A stretch of DNA of 60,115 bases, counting the filler, from Nemertoderma westbladi (Eukaryota; Animalia; Xenacoelomorpha), in NCBI GenBank assembly GCA_032718475.1. It is 3 parts of 3 records of this genome, joined end to end, with 100 filler letters (N's around TTAATTAATTAA, not from the genome) between each part and the next. Parts side by side here need not be neighbours in the genome. Positions count along the whole stretch, not along the records: positions 14,007 to 28,876 come from JAUCBJ010005767.1; positions 28,977 to 60,115 come from JAUCBJ010006955.1; 1 more part is not named here. One strand, 5' to 3'. This document shows positions 24,580-35,642 of the stretch, in pieces (position 1 is the first letter of the stretch; each line of letters opens with the position of its first letter). The notes beneath the pieces were generated by a model that saw only the letters and a program-made list of their open reading frames with translations, did not search any database and was not told where the DNA came from. The position numbers and the translations under genes were made by a program.

Positions 24580-27500
24580 CTAAATGTAGCTGTTAGTACC
24601 GGTAAATGTTAGTTAGAGTTAGGACCCTGCTCCATAGTCAGAACCAGTAGCTGTTAGTTAGCTGCCACTCAAAGAGCAGGAGTAGTCAGTACTGGTAGCT
24701 GTTAGTAAGGAGCCCTCTCAAAGAGCAGAGGTTAGTCAGTACCGGTAGCTGTTAGTTAGGAGCCAACTCCGTAGTCAAAACTGGAGCTGTTGCATTAGTT
24801 AGGAGCCCTCTCAAAGTGCAGTGGTTAGTCAGTACCGGTAGCTATTAGTTAGGAGCCCACTCCGCTGTCAGAACCAGTAGCTGTTAGTTAGGAGCCCGCT
24901 CAAAGAGCAGGGGTAGTCAGTACCGATAGCTGTTAGTTAGGAGCCTGCTCAAAGAGCAGGGGTAGTCAGTACTGGTAGCTGGTAGTTAGAAGCCCGCTCA
25001 AAGATCAGAAGTAGTCTGTACCAGTAGCTGTTAGTTAGGAGCCCTCTCAAAGTGCAGTGGTTAGTCAGTACCGGTAGCTATTAGTTAGGAGCCCACTCCA
25101 TAGTCAGAACCAGTAACTGTTAGTTAGGAGCCCGCTCCTTAGTCAGAACCGGTAGCTGTTAGTTATGAGCTGCTCGAAGAGCAGAGGTAGTCAGTACCGA
25201 TAGCTGTTAGTTAGGAGCCCACTCCGTAGTCAGAACCGGTAGCTGTTTAGGAGTCCACTCAAAATCAGGAGTAGTCTGTACCGGTCGCTGTTAGTTAGGA
25301 GCCCTCTCAAAGAGCAGAGGTTAGACAGTACCAGTAGCTGTTAGTTAGGAGCCCACTCCATTGTCAGGACCGGTAGCTGTTAGTTAGGAGCCTGCTCAAA
25401 GAGCAGGGATAGTCCATACTGATAGCTGTTAGTTAGGAGCCCCTTCTGTATTCAGAACCGGTATCTGTTAGTTATGAGCTGCTCAAAGAGCAGATGTAGT
25501 CAGTACTGGGAGCTGTTAGCTGGGAGCCCATTCCGAGGTCAGAACCAGTAGCTGTTAGTTATGAGCCACTCAAAAACCAGGAGTAGTCAGTACTGGTAGC
25601 TATTAGCTAGGAGCCCACTCAAAGAGCAGAGGTAGTCAGTACCGGTAGCTGTTAGTTAGGAGCCCACTCAAAGAACAGGGGTAGTCAGTACTGGTAGCTG
25701 TTAGTTAGGAGCCTGCTCCATAGTCAGAACTGGTAGCTGTTAGTTAGGAGCCCGCTCAAAGAGCAGAGGTTAGTCAGTACTGGTAGCTGTTAGTTAGCAG
25801 CCAACTCAAAGATCAGAGGTTAGTCAGTACTGGTAGCTGTTAGTTAGGAGCCCGTTCAAAGAGCAGAGGTTAGTCAGTACTGGTAGCTGTTAGTTATGAG
25901 CCCACTCAAAGAGTAGAGGTAGTCAGTACCAGGAGCTGTTAGTTAGGAGCCCACTCAAAGAGCAGAGGTAGTCAGTACCGGGAGCTGTTAGTTAGGAGCC
26001 CTCCCAAAGAGCTGATGTTAGTCAGTACTGGTAGCTGTTAGTTAGGAGCCCGCTCAAAGAGCAGAGGTAGTCAGTACTGGGAGCTGTTAGTTAGGAGCCC
26101 GCTCAAAGAGTAGAAGTTAGTCAGTACCAGTAAATGTTAGTTAGGAGCCCGCTCAAAGAGCAGGGGTATAGTCAGTATTGGTAGCTGTTAGTTAGGTGCC
26201 CACTCAAAGAGCAGAGGTAGTCAGTACCAATAAATGTTAGCTAGGAATGCGCTCCATAGTCAGTACCTGCAGCTGTTAGTTAGGAGCCCACTCAAAGAGC
26301 AGTACCGGGAGCTGTTAGTTAGGAGCCCTCCCAAAGAGCTGATGTTAGTCAGTACTGGTAGCTGTTAGTTAGGAGCCCGCTCAAAGAGCAGAGGTAGTCA
26401 GTACCAATAAATGTTAGCTAGGAATGCGCTCCATAGTCAGTACCGGCAGCTGTTAGTTAGGAGCCCGCTCAAAGAGCAGAGGGTAGTAGGTACCAGTAAA
26501 TGTTAGTTAGGAATGCGCTCCATAATCAATACCGGTAGCTGTTAGTTAGGAGCCCACTCATAGAGCAGAGGTACTCAGTACAATTAAAAGTTAGTTAGGA
26601 ATGAGCTCCATAGTCAGAACCTGCAGCTGTTAGTTAGGAGCCTGCTCAAAGAGCAGAGGGTAGTCAGTATCAGTAAATGTTAGTTAGGAATGCGCTCCAT
26701 AGTCAATACAGGTAGCTGTTAGTTAGGAGCCCACTCAAAGAGCAGAGGTACTCAGTACAATTAAAAGTTAGTTAGGAATGAGCTCCATAGTCAGAACCTG
26801 CAGCTGTTAGTTAGGAGCCTGCTCAAAGAGCAGAGGGTAGTCAGTATCAGTAAATGTTAGTTAGGAATGCGCTCCATAGTCAATACAGGTAGCTGTTAGT
26901 TAGGAGCCCACTCAAAGAGCAGAGGTACTCAGTACAATTAAAAGTTAGTTAGGAATGAGCTCCATAGTCAGAACCTGCAGCTGTTAGTTAGGAGCCCACT
27001 CAAAGAGCAGAGGTAGTCAGTACAATTAAAAGTTAGTTAGGAATGAGCTCCATAGTCAGAACCTGCAGCTGTTAGTTAGGAGCCCACTCAAAGAGCAGAG
27101 GGTAGTCAGTACCAGTAAATGTTAGTTAGGAATGCGCGGGCCATAGGCATACCAGTAGCTGTTAGTTAGGAGCCCGCTCAAAGAGCAGAGGCAAGTCAGT
27201 ACCGGTAGCTGTTAGTTAGGAGCCCGCTCAAAGTGCAGAGGGTAGTCAGTACCAGTAAATGTTAGTTAGGAATGCGCTCCATAGTCAGTACCAGTAGCTG
27301 TTAGTTAGGAGCCCACTCAAAGAGCAGAGGTAGTCAGTATACCAGTAAATGTTAGTTAGGAATGCGCTCCATAGTCAGAACCTGCAGCTGTTAGTTAGGA
27401 GCCCACTCAAAGAGCAGAGGGTAGTCAGTACCAGTAAATGTTAGTTAGGAATGCGCGGGCCATAGGCATACCAGTAGCTGTTAGTTAGGAGCCCGCTCAA

Positions 27501-28075
27501 AGAGCAGAGGCAAGTCAGTACCGGTAGCTGTTAGTTAGGAGCCCGCTCAAAGTGCAGAGGGTAGTCAGTACCAGTAAATGTTAGTTAGGTTAGGAATGCG
27601 CTCCATAGTCAGTACCAGTAGCTGTTAGTTAGGAGCCCACTCAAAGAGCAGAGGTAGTCAGTATACCAGTAAATGTTAGTTAGGAATGCGCTCCATAGTC
27701 AGTACCGGTAGCTGTTAGTTAGGAGCCCGCTCAAAGAGCAGATGGTAGTCAGTACCAGTAAATGTTAGTTAGGAATGAGCTCCATCGTCAGAACCAGTAG
27801 CTGTTAGTTAAGAGCCCCCTCAAAGAGCAGAGTTTAGTCAGTACCGGCACCTGTTAGTTAGGAGCCACTCAAAGAGCAGGGGTAGTCAGTACTGGTAGCT
27901 GTTAGTTAGGAGACCACTCAAAGATCGAAGTAGTCTTTACTGGTAGCTGTTGTTTAGGAGCTCCCGCTCATAGATCAGAGTTTAGTCAGTACCGGCACCT
28001 GTTAGTTAAGAGCCCACGCAAAGAGCAGGGTTAGTCACTACCGAACTGTTGGTTAGGAGCTAGTTAGCTGTTAGG
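24580..28075. repeat. Complex 40/49-bp satellite filling the CUB intron
   Basis: Core GTAGCTGTTAGTTAGGAGCCC recurs with long (ctcaaagagcagaggtagtcagtac) and short (ctccatagtcagaac) linkers. Confidence 0.9.
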
Positions 28076-28169
28076 GAATAATAGTATTATAATTCATGTG
28101 TATTTTAAACTATTTATTGGATGAATAGAGATAAAGTTAACTTGGTTTACTTTTACTTTTCTCATTTAG

Positions 28170-28329
28170 GTATTTGATGGCGCGGATGATTCTGCACCTT
28201 TGATAGCCTCATTAACTGGAACTACACTACCGCCTCCAATAACCTCCTCTACTAAAGATTTATACCTGGTCTTTTTTAGTGACGGTTGTGTTACTAGAAC
28301 CGGATTCTCTCTCAATTATGAAAATATAG
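28170..28329 (+). CDS. CUB domain protein, exon encoding the C-terminal half of the CUB domain (not in the ORF track)
   Basis: Acceptor ttttctcatttag, phase 0. Reads VFDGADDSAPLIASLTGTTLPPPITSSTKDLYLVFFSDGCVTRTGFSLNYENI-G. Phase-1 donor GTAGGT at 28330. Confidence 0.88.
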
Positions 28330-28541
28330 GTAGGTCATGTATAAGAGAAAATATAGATTGAGTTATGTGTAATATTGGTTTTGCTAATATGCCATTTGAC
28401 ACAATAATTAGTCTATATTAGAAGGACTGTGGGTACAGGGTATAAAGTTCTATGGCTGCCGCGTGTTGGTCAGCGAACGCATTTACATAGCTAATGCCAA
28501 ACTCTGGAGGTTTTGGGTAGCTGGCAATCAATCATAGTGGG

Positions 28542-28608
28542 TAGGCGAGGCCGATATAGGCGAGGCCGATATAGGCGAGGCCGATATAGGCGAGGCCGAT
28601 ATAGGCGA
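28542..28608. repeat. 15-bp minisatellite (TAGGCGAGGCCGATA) x4.5
   Basis: Direct reading. Confidence 0.9.
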
Positions 28609-28876
28609 GAACAAATTTTATAAATATTAAAGAACAATTTAATCAGGGAATAAAACCTTCATTCCAGAAATTACCAAATTTACCTATCTCTGACATTTGT
28701 AATTTTGCTGCGAATTAGAACAATGAATACACTATCATTGCACATTTCTCAGGTCAAAAATGTACAGACTAATAAATCAGATTTGTTTGTATTATGCCTT
28801 ACGTTGACACCGAAGTGAATGTTCTGTATCAATAATACGTAGATTATATAAAATATTAATATAATCTCAATATAGC

Positions 28877-28976
28877 NNNNNNNNNNNNNNNNNNNNNNNN
28901 NNNNNNNNNNNNNNNNNNNNTTAATTAATTAANNNNNNNNNNNNNNNNNNNNNNNNNNNNNNNNNNNNNNNNNNNN
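28877..28976. other. Artificial contig linker / assembly gap
   Basis: N44-TTAATTAATTAA-N44, identical in design to the first gap. Confidence 0.95.
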
Positions 28977-29489
28977 AAAACTAAATAAATGATTATTAGA
29001 TTGTAAAACTTCGGTTTATATGGTTGCTTTAATACAGCAGAGTGACTTACAGTGAGGAATATAGTAGCTTCGTGTAACAGATGCAACGTGTACAGATAAA
29101 TTTATTACATTAGCGTGAGTTAGAGAGTGAAATAGCAGTAACGTGTAACAGATGCAACGTAATCAATGCTAGCCCTGTCATTCTAACTTATATTCAACTT
29201 AGTTGATCGATCAGTTACAACGATAAAAGAAATTGATTATTATTAATAGTCGAATTAATGTATTCTACGCTATAGTAATTATGTTAAGGAACTAGAAGCT
29301 ATTTATAAACATCTGCTACCGGTGATGAAGATGAAGAATTCAATGACTATGGTATAACTCAGATATTTATCGCCTTTTTCTCTCGAGGTTGGATGGGGGA
29401 GTGAGTGGAGGAATGTGGGGAGTTATAATGGTCCCGAGTTCGAACCCTGTTGAATATTTTGTTATCTGAAAAATTGCAAAATTAAATTT

Positions 29490-29750
29490 AGTTACTGGTG
29501 AAAAATAGTAGAAGTTACCTGTAGACACCTCTAGCGTCTGTAAGATAAAGGTTGGTGAATATGAAAAATACTGGTTGCTGAAAAATTGCGATTTGAAAAA
29601 TAGTAGAAGTTACCTGTAGACACCTCTAGCGTCTGTAAAATAAAGGTTGGTAAATATGAAAATACTGGTTGCTGAAAAATTGCGATTTGAAAAATAGTAG
29701 AAGTTACCTGATGCTAAGTGTAGACACCCGAACACTTGTAAAATAAAGGC
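29490..29750. repeat. ~95-bp tandem repeat, 2-3 copies
   Basis: aaaaatagtagaagttacctg recurs at 29501, 29596 and 29690. Confidence 0.85.
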
Positions 29751-29987
29751 TTATGATTGGACGGATGAGTAGCGTTGGGGGACTAATAACGCCTCTAGCG
29801 GAAGATGCGGGAACTTGAGAAGTTGCCATGGTTACGGATTAAATGCTGACATCTGATTGGTTGAAATAATAACGACCACCGCAAAAGGTTGAAATAGTGG
29901 CTTCTGATTGGACAGAGTACCAGAAATGGACGGTAATGATGGGCTACGGGTGACCATTATCCAGTGTCATAGTATTGTATACTACTC

Positions 29988-30981
29988 GTCCTCCAAGGAG
30001 ACACACTTGCACCATTCTTGTTCATTATTGTGGTTGACTATGTTCTACGCATGTCCTTAGATCATCATAATGATGATGGGGTGATGATAACTCCACCTAC
30101 TGGCTCCAGAAGTCGAGGAAATCCTGCCAAGTACCTAACTGATCTAGACTTTGCTGATGACTTAGGAGTACTCTCAGAATCATTAGAGGGAGCCCAACGG
30201 CTCCTCAGCTCATTAGAACATGCTGCTTCTAGTGTTGGTCTTTTTATTAACCCCAGAAAGACCAAAATTCTGACAGTCAACTTTGAAAGTCCTCAGCAAG
30301 TCTCTGATCGGATGAGCATAAGCTCAAAGGATGGTATGCTTGAGCATGTGGACGACTTCTGTTACCTTGGATCATGGATCCGGAAGTCAGGTGAGGACCT
30401 TCGAATACGTAAGGGAAAGGCATGGGCAGCCTTGAATAGGCTTTCCAGGATTTGGAAGTCACCTAGAATTAATCGGAAACTTAAGGTCCGATTATTTAGA
30501 GCAGCAGTAGTTCCAGTACTCCTCTATGGGAGTCCATGCTGGGCTCTAACTGCTGAGGACACCAAATCTCTGGATGGCACATTCACAAGAATGCTACGCC
30601 GGGTTCATTGTGTCAAGTACAATGCACACATCTCCAACCAGACACTATATAACATTGGAGGTGTCTCATTGGTTCCCCCAAGCTTGACACTAGAACAAAA
30701 TCGCCTCCGCTTTGCAGGACATTGCTTTCGCCGTGAGGACCAGCCAGTGCATAATCTTGTACTTTGGCAGCCTCATGGAGTGATTAAGCATGGTGGACAG
30801 CCCATGACTTTCTTGAGACGCATCTTAAAGGACACTGGCCTTAAAGATGCGGATGATCTAGCAAATGTCATGGGTGATAGGGAGTTGTGGCGGTGCAATT
30901 TTGTTGACAAGCCGGCACAGCATTCTTAAAAATGCAGCTGCAATGCAGCATGCCGATCCTAGTAGTAGTAGTAGTAGTAGT
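29988..30981 (+). mobile_element. 5'-truncated RTE-clade LINE with intact RT C-terminal ORF and (TAG)n tail
   Basis: VLQGDTLAPFLFIIVVDY, DLDFADD, FCYLGS, AW.ALNRL..IWKS, VLLYG, RLRFAGHCFR. Stop at 30929, short 3' UTR, (TAG)7 tail at 30960-30980. Confidence 0.93.
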
Positions 30982-33900
30982 GAACGCCGAGCTCTATGGT
31001 ACTATACCATCTGTATCAACCACCCTCCGTGAACGCCGAGCTCTATGGTACTATACCATCTGTATCAACCACCCTCCGTGAACGCCGAGCTCTAGGGTAC
31101 TATACCACCTGTATCAACCACCCTCCGTGAACGCCGAGCTCTATGGTACTATACCATCTGTATCAACCACCCTCCGTGAACGCCGAGCTCTATGGTACTA
31201 TACCACCTGTATCAACCACCCTCCGTGAACGCCGAGCTCTATGGTACTATACCATCTGTATCAACCACCCTCCGTGAACGCCGAGCTCTATGGTACTATA
31301 CCATCTGTATCAACCACCCTCCGTGAACGCCGAGCTCTAGGGTACTATACCATCTGTATCAACCACCCTCCGTGAACGCCGAGCTCTATGGTACTATACC
31401 ATCTGTATCAACCACCCTCCGTGAACGCCGAGCTCTATGGTACTATACCATCTGTATCAACCACCCTCCGTGAACGCCGAGCTCTAGGGTACTATACCAC
31501 CTGTATCAACCACCCTCCGTGAACGCCGAGCTCTATGGTACTATACCATCTGTATCAACCACCCTCCGTGAACGCCGAGCTCTAGGGTACTATACCACCT
31601 GTATCAACCACCCTCCGTGAACGCCGAGCTCTAGGGTACTATACCACCTGTATCAACCACCCTCCGTGAACGCCGAGCTCTAGGGTACTATACCACCTGT
31701 ATCAACCACCCTCCGTGAACGCCGAGCTCTATGGTACTATACCATCTGTATCAACCACCCTCCGTGAACGCCGAGCTCTAGGGTACTATACCACCTGTAT
31801 CAACCACCCTCCGTGAACGCCGAGCTCTAGGGTACTATACCATCTGTATCAACCACCCTCCGTGAACGCCGAGCTCTAGGGTACTATACCACCTGTATCA
31901 ACCACCCTCCGTGAACGCCGAGCTCTAGGGTACTATACCACCTGTATCAACCACCCTCCGTGAACGCCGAGCTCTAGGGTACTATACCACCTGTATCAAC
32001 CACCCTCCGTGAACGCCGAGCTCTAGGGTACTATACCAACTGTATCAACCACCCTCCGTGAACGCCGAGCTCTAGGGTACTATACCACCTGTATCAACCA
32101 CCCTCCGTGAACGCCGAGCTCTATGGTACTATACCATCTGTATCAACCACCCTCCGTGAACGCCGAGCTCTAGGGTACTATACCACCTGTATCAACCACC
32201 ATCCCTCCGTGAACGCCGAGCTCTATGGTACTATACCATCTGTATCAACCACCCTCCGTGAACGCCGAGCTCTAGGGTACTATACCACCTGTATCAACCA
32301 CCCTCCGTGAACGCCGAGCTCTATGGTACTATACCAACTGTATCAACCACCCTCCGTGAACGCCGAGCTCTATGGTACTATACCATCTGTATCAACCACC
32401 CTCCGTGAACGCCGAGCTCTAGGGTACTATACCACCTGTATCAACCACCCTCCGTGAACGCCGAGCTCTATGGTACTATACCATCTGTATCAACCACCCT
32501 CCGTGAATGCCGAGCTCTAGGGTACTATACCACCTGTATCAACCACCCTCCGTGAAAGCCGAGCTCTATGGTACTATACCATCTGTATCAACCACCCTCC
32601 GTGAACGCCGAGCTCTAGGGTACTATACCACCTGTATCAACCACCCTCCGTGAACGCCGAGCTCTATGGTACTATACCATCTGTATCAACCACCCTCCGT
32701 GAACGCCGAGCTCTAGGGTACTATACCAACTGTATCAACCACCCTCCGTGAACGCCGAGCTCTATGGTACTATACCATCTGTATCAACCACCCTCCGTGA
32801 ACGCCGAGCTCTAGGGTACTATACCACCTGTATCAACCACCCTCCGTGAACGCCGAGCTCTATGGTACTATACCACCTGTATCAACCACCCTCCGTGAAC
32901 GCCGAGCTCTATGGTACTGTACCATCTGTATCAACCACCCTCCGTGAACGCCGAGCTCTATGGTACTATACCATCTGTATCAACCACCCTCCGTGAACGC
33001 CGAGCTCTATGGTACTATACCATCTGTATCAACCACCCTCCGTGAACGCCGAGCTCTATGGTACTATACCATCTGTATCAACCACCCTCCGTGAACGCCG
33101 AGCTCTATGGTACTATACCATCTGTATCAACCACCCTCCGTGAACGCCGAGCTCTATGGTACTGTACCATCTGTATCAACCACCCTCCGTGAACGCCGAG
33201 CTCTATGGTACTATACCATCTGTATCAACCACCCTCCGTGAACGCCGAGCTCTATGGTACTATACCATCTGTATCAACCACCCTCCGTGAACGCCGAGCT
33301 CTATGATACTATACCATCTGTATCAACCACCCACCGTGAACGCCGAGCTCTATGGTACTATACCATCTGTATCAACCACCCTCCGTGAACGCCGATCTCT
33401 ATGGTACTGTACCACCTGTATCAACCACCCTCCCTCCGTGAACGCCGAGCTTTATGGTACTATACCAACTGTATCAACCACCCTCCGTGAACGCCGAGCT
33501 CTATGGTACTATACCATCTGTATCAACCACCCTCCGTGAACGCCGATCTCTATGGTACTATACCATCTGTATCAACCACCCTCCCTCCGTGAACGCCGAG
33601 CTCTATGGTACTATACCATCTGTATCAACCACCCTCCGTGAACGCCGAGCTCTATGGTACTGTACCACCTGTATCAACCACCCTCCGTGAACGCCGAGCT
33701 CTATGGTACTATACCAACTGTATCAACCACCCTCCGTGAACGCCGAGTTCTATGGTACTATACCAACTGTATCAACCACCCTCCGTGAACGCCGAGCTCT
33801 ATGGTACTGTACCACCTGTATCAACCACCCTCCCTCCGTGAACGCCGAGCTCTATGGTACTATACCATCTGTATCAACCACCCTCCGTGAACGCCGAGCT

Positions 33901-35339
33901 CTATGGTACTGTACCACCTGTATCAACCACCCTCCGTGAACGCCGAGCTCTATGGTACTATACCATCTGTATCAACCACCCTCCGTGAACGCCGAGCTCT
34001 ATGGTACTGTACCACCTGTATCAACCACCATCCTCCGTGAACGTCGAGCTCTATGGTACTATACCAACTGTATCAACCACCCTCCGTGAACGCCGAGCTC
34101 TATGGTACTATACCATCTGTATCAACCACCCTCCGTGAACGCCGAGCTCTATGGTACTATACCATCTGTATCAACCACCCTCCGTGAACGCCGAGCTCTA
34201 TGGTACTGTACCACCTGTATCAACCACCCTCCCTCCGTGAACGCCGAGCTTTATGGTACTATACCAACTGTATCAACCACCCTCCGTGAACGCCGAGCTC
34301 TATGGTACTATACCATCTGTATCAACCACCATCCGTGAACGCCGAGCTCTATGGTACTATACCATCTGTATCAACCACCCTCCGTGAACGCCGAGCTCTA
34401 TGGTACTATACCATCTGTATCAACCACCCTCCGTGAACGCCGAGCTCTATGGTACTGTACCACCTGTATCAACCACCCTCCCTCCGTGAACGCCGAGCTT
34501 TATGGTACTATACCAACTGTATCAACCACCCTCCGTGAACGCCGAGCTCTATGGTACTATACCATCTGTATCAACCACCATCCGTGAACGCCGAGCTCTA
34601 TGGTACTATACCATCTGTATCAACCACCCTCCGTGAACGCCGAGCTCTATGGTACTATACCATCTGTATCAACCATCCTCCGTGAACGCCGAGCTCTATG
34701 GTACTGTACCACCTGTATCAACCACCATCCCTCCGTGAACGCCGAGCTCTATGGTACTATACCATCTGTATCAACCACCCTCCGTGAACGCCGAGCTCTA
34801 TGGTACTGTACCACCTGTATCAACCACCCTCCGTGAACGCCGAGCTCTATGGTACTATACCATCTGTATCAACCACCCTCCGTGAACGCCGAGCTCTATG
34901 GTACTGTACCACCTGTATCAACCACCATCCCTCCGTGAACGCCGAGCTCTATGGTACTATACCAACTGTATCAACCACCCTCCGTGAACGCCGAGCTCTA
35001 TGGTACTATACCACCTGTATCAACCACCCTCCGTGAACGCCGAGCTCTATGGTACTATACCATCTGTATCAACCACCCTCCGTGAACGCCGAGCTCTATG
35101 GTACTATACCACCTGTATCAACCACCCTCCGTGAACGCCGAGCTCTATGGTACTATACCATCTGTATCAACCACCCTCAGTGAACGCCGAGCTCTATGGT
35201 ACTATACCATCTGTATCAACCACCCTCCGTGAACGCCGAGCTCTATGGTACTATACCATCTGTGTCAACCACCCTCCGTGAACGCCGAGCTCTATGGTAC
35301 TGTACTATACCACCTGTATCAACCACCCTCCGTGAACGC
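30981..35339. repeat. 49-bp satellite, ~89 copies, derived from RTE coding sequence
   Basis: Unit GTGAACGCCGAGCTCTATGGTACTATACCATCTGTATCAACCACCCTCC translates NAELYGTIPSVSTTLRER. Confidence 0.95.
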
Positions 35340-35416
35340 AGATAAAGATTCAGCGGGCACTGCTGGCGAAGTAAAAATTAGGAATGGTCTAATTTTATAC
35401 ATATTATTTTCAATAA

Positions 35417-35642
35417 ATAATGCACCATTGAATGGTGTTTCCAAATCTGAAAACCGCTATTTAATAGCTCTTTTAGTTTTCAAGTTATAAAAATTTCCAT
35501 TTAGGGAGACCTGTTGAAATTACTATTACTATGTATAATGAAAGGTCGATTATCTCCAAATATTTTTTTTATTAAATTGTCAACTTCAAAACCCTACTAC
35601 TTCTACAATTTTTGAGCAATTAGTCTGAAACTTTCTGTGGGT
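35417..35642 (+). mobile_element. Dispersed repeat; inverted copy at 52047-52271
   Basis: ataatgcaccattgaatggtgtttccaaatctgaaaaccgc...ttagtctgaaactttctgtgggt aligns in reverse with 52047-52271 with few mismatches. Confidence 0.85.
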
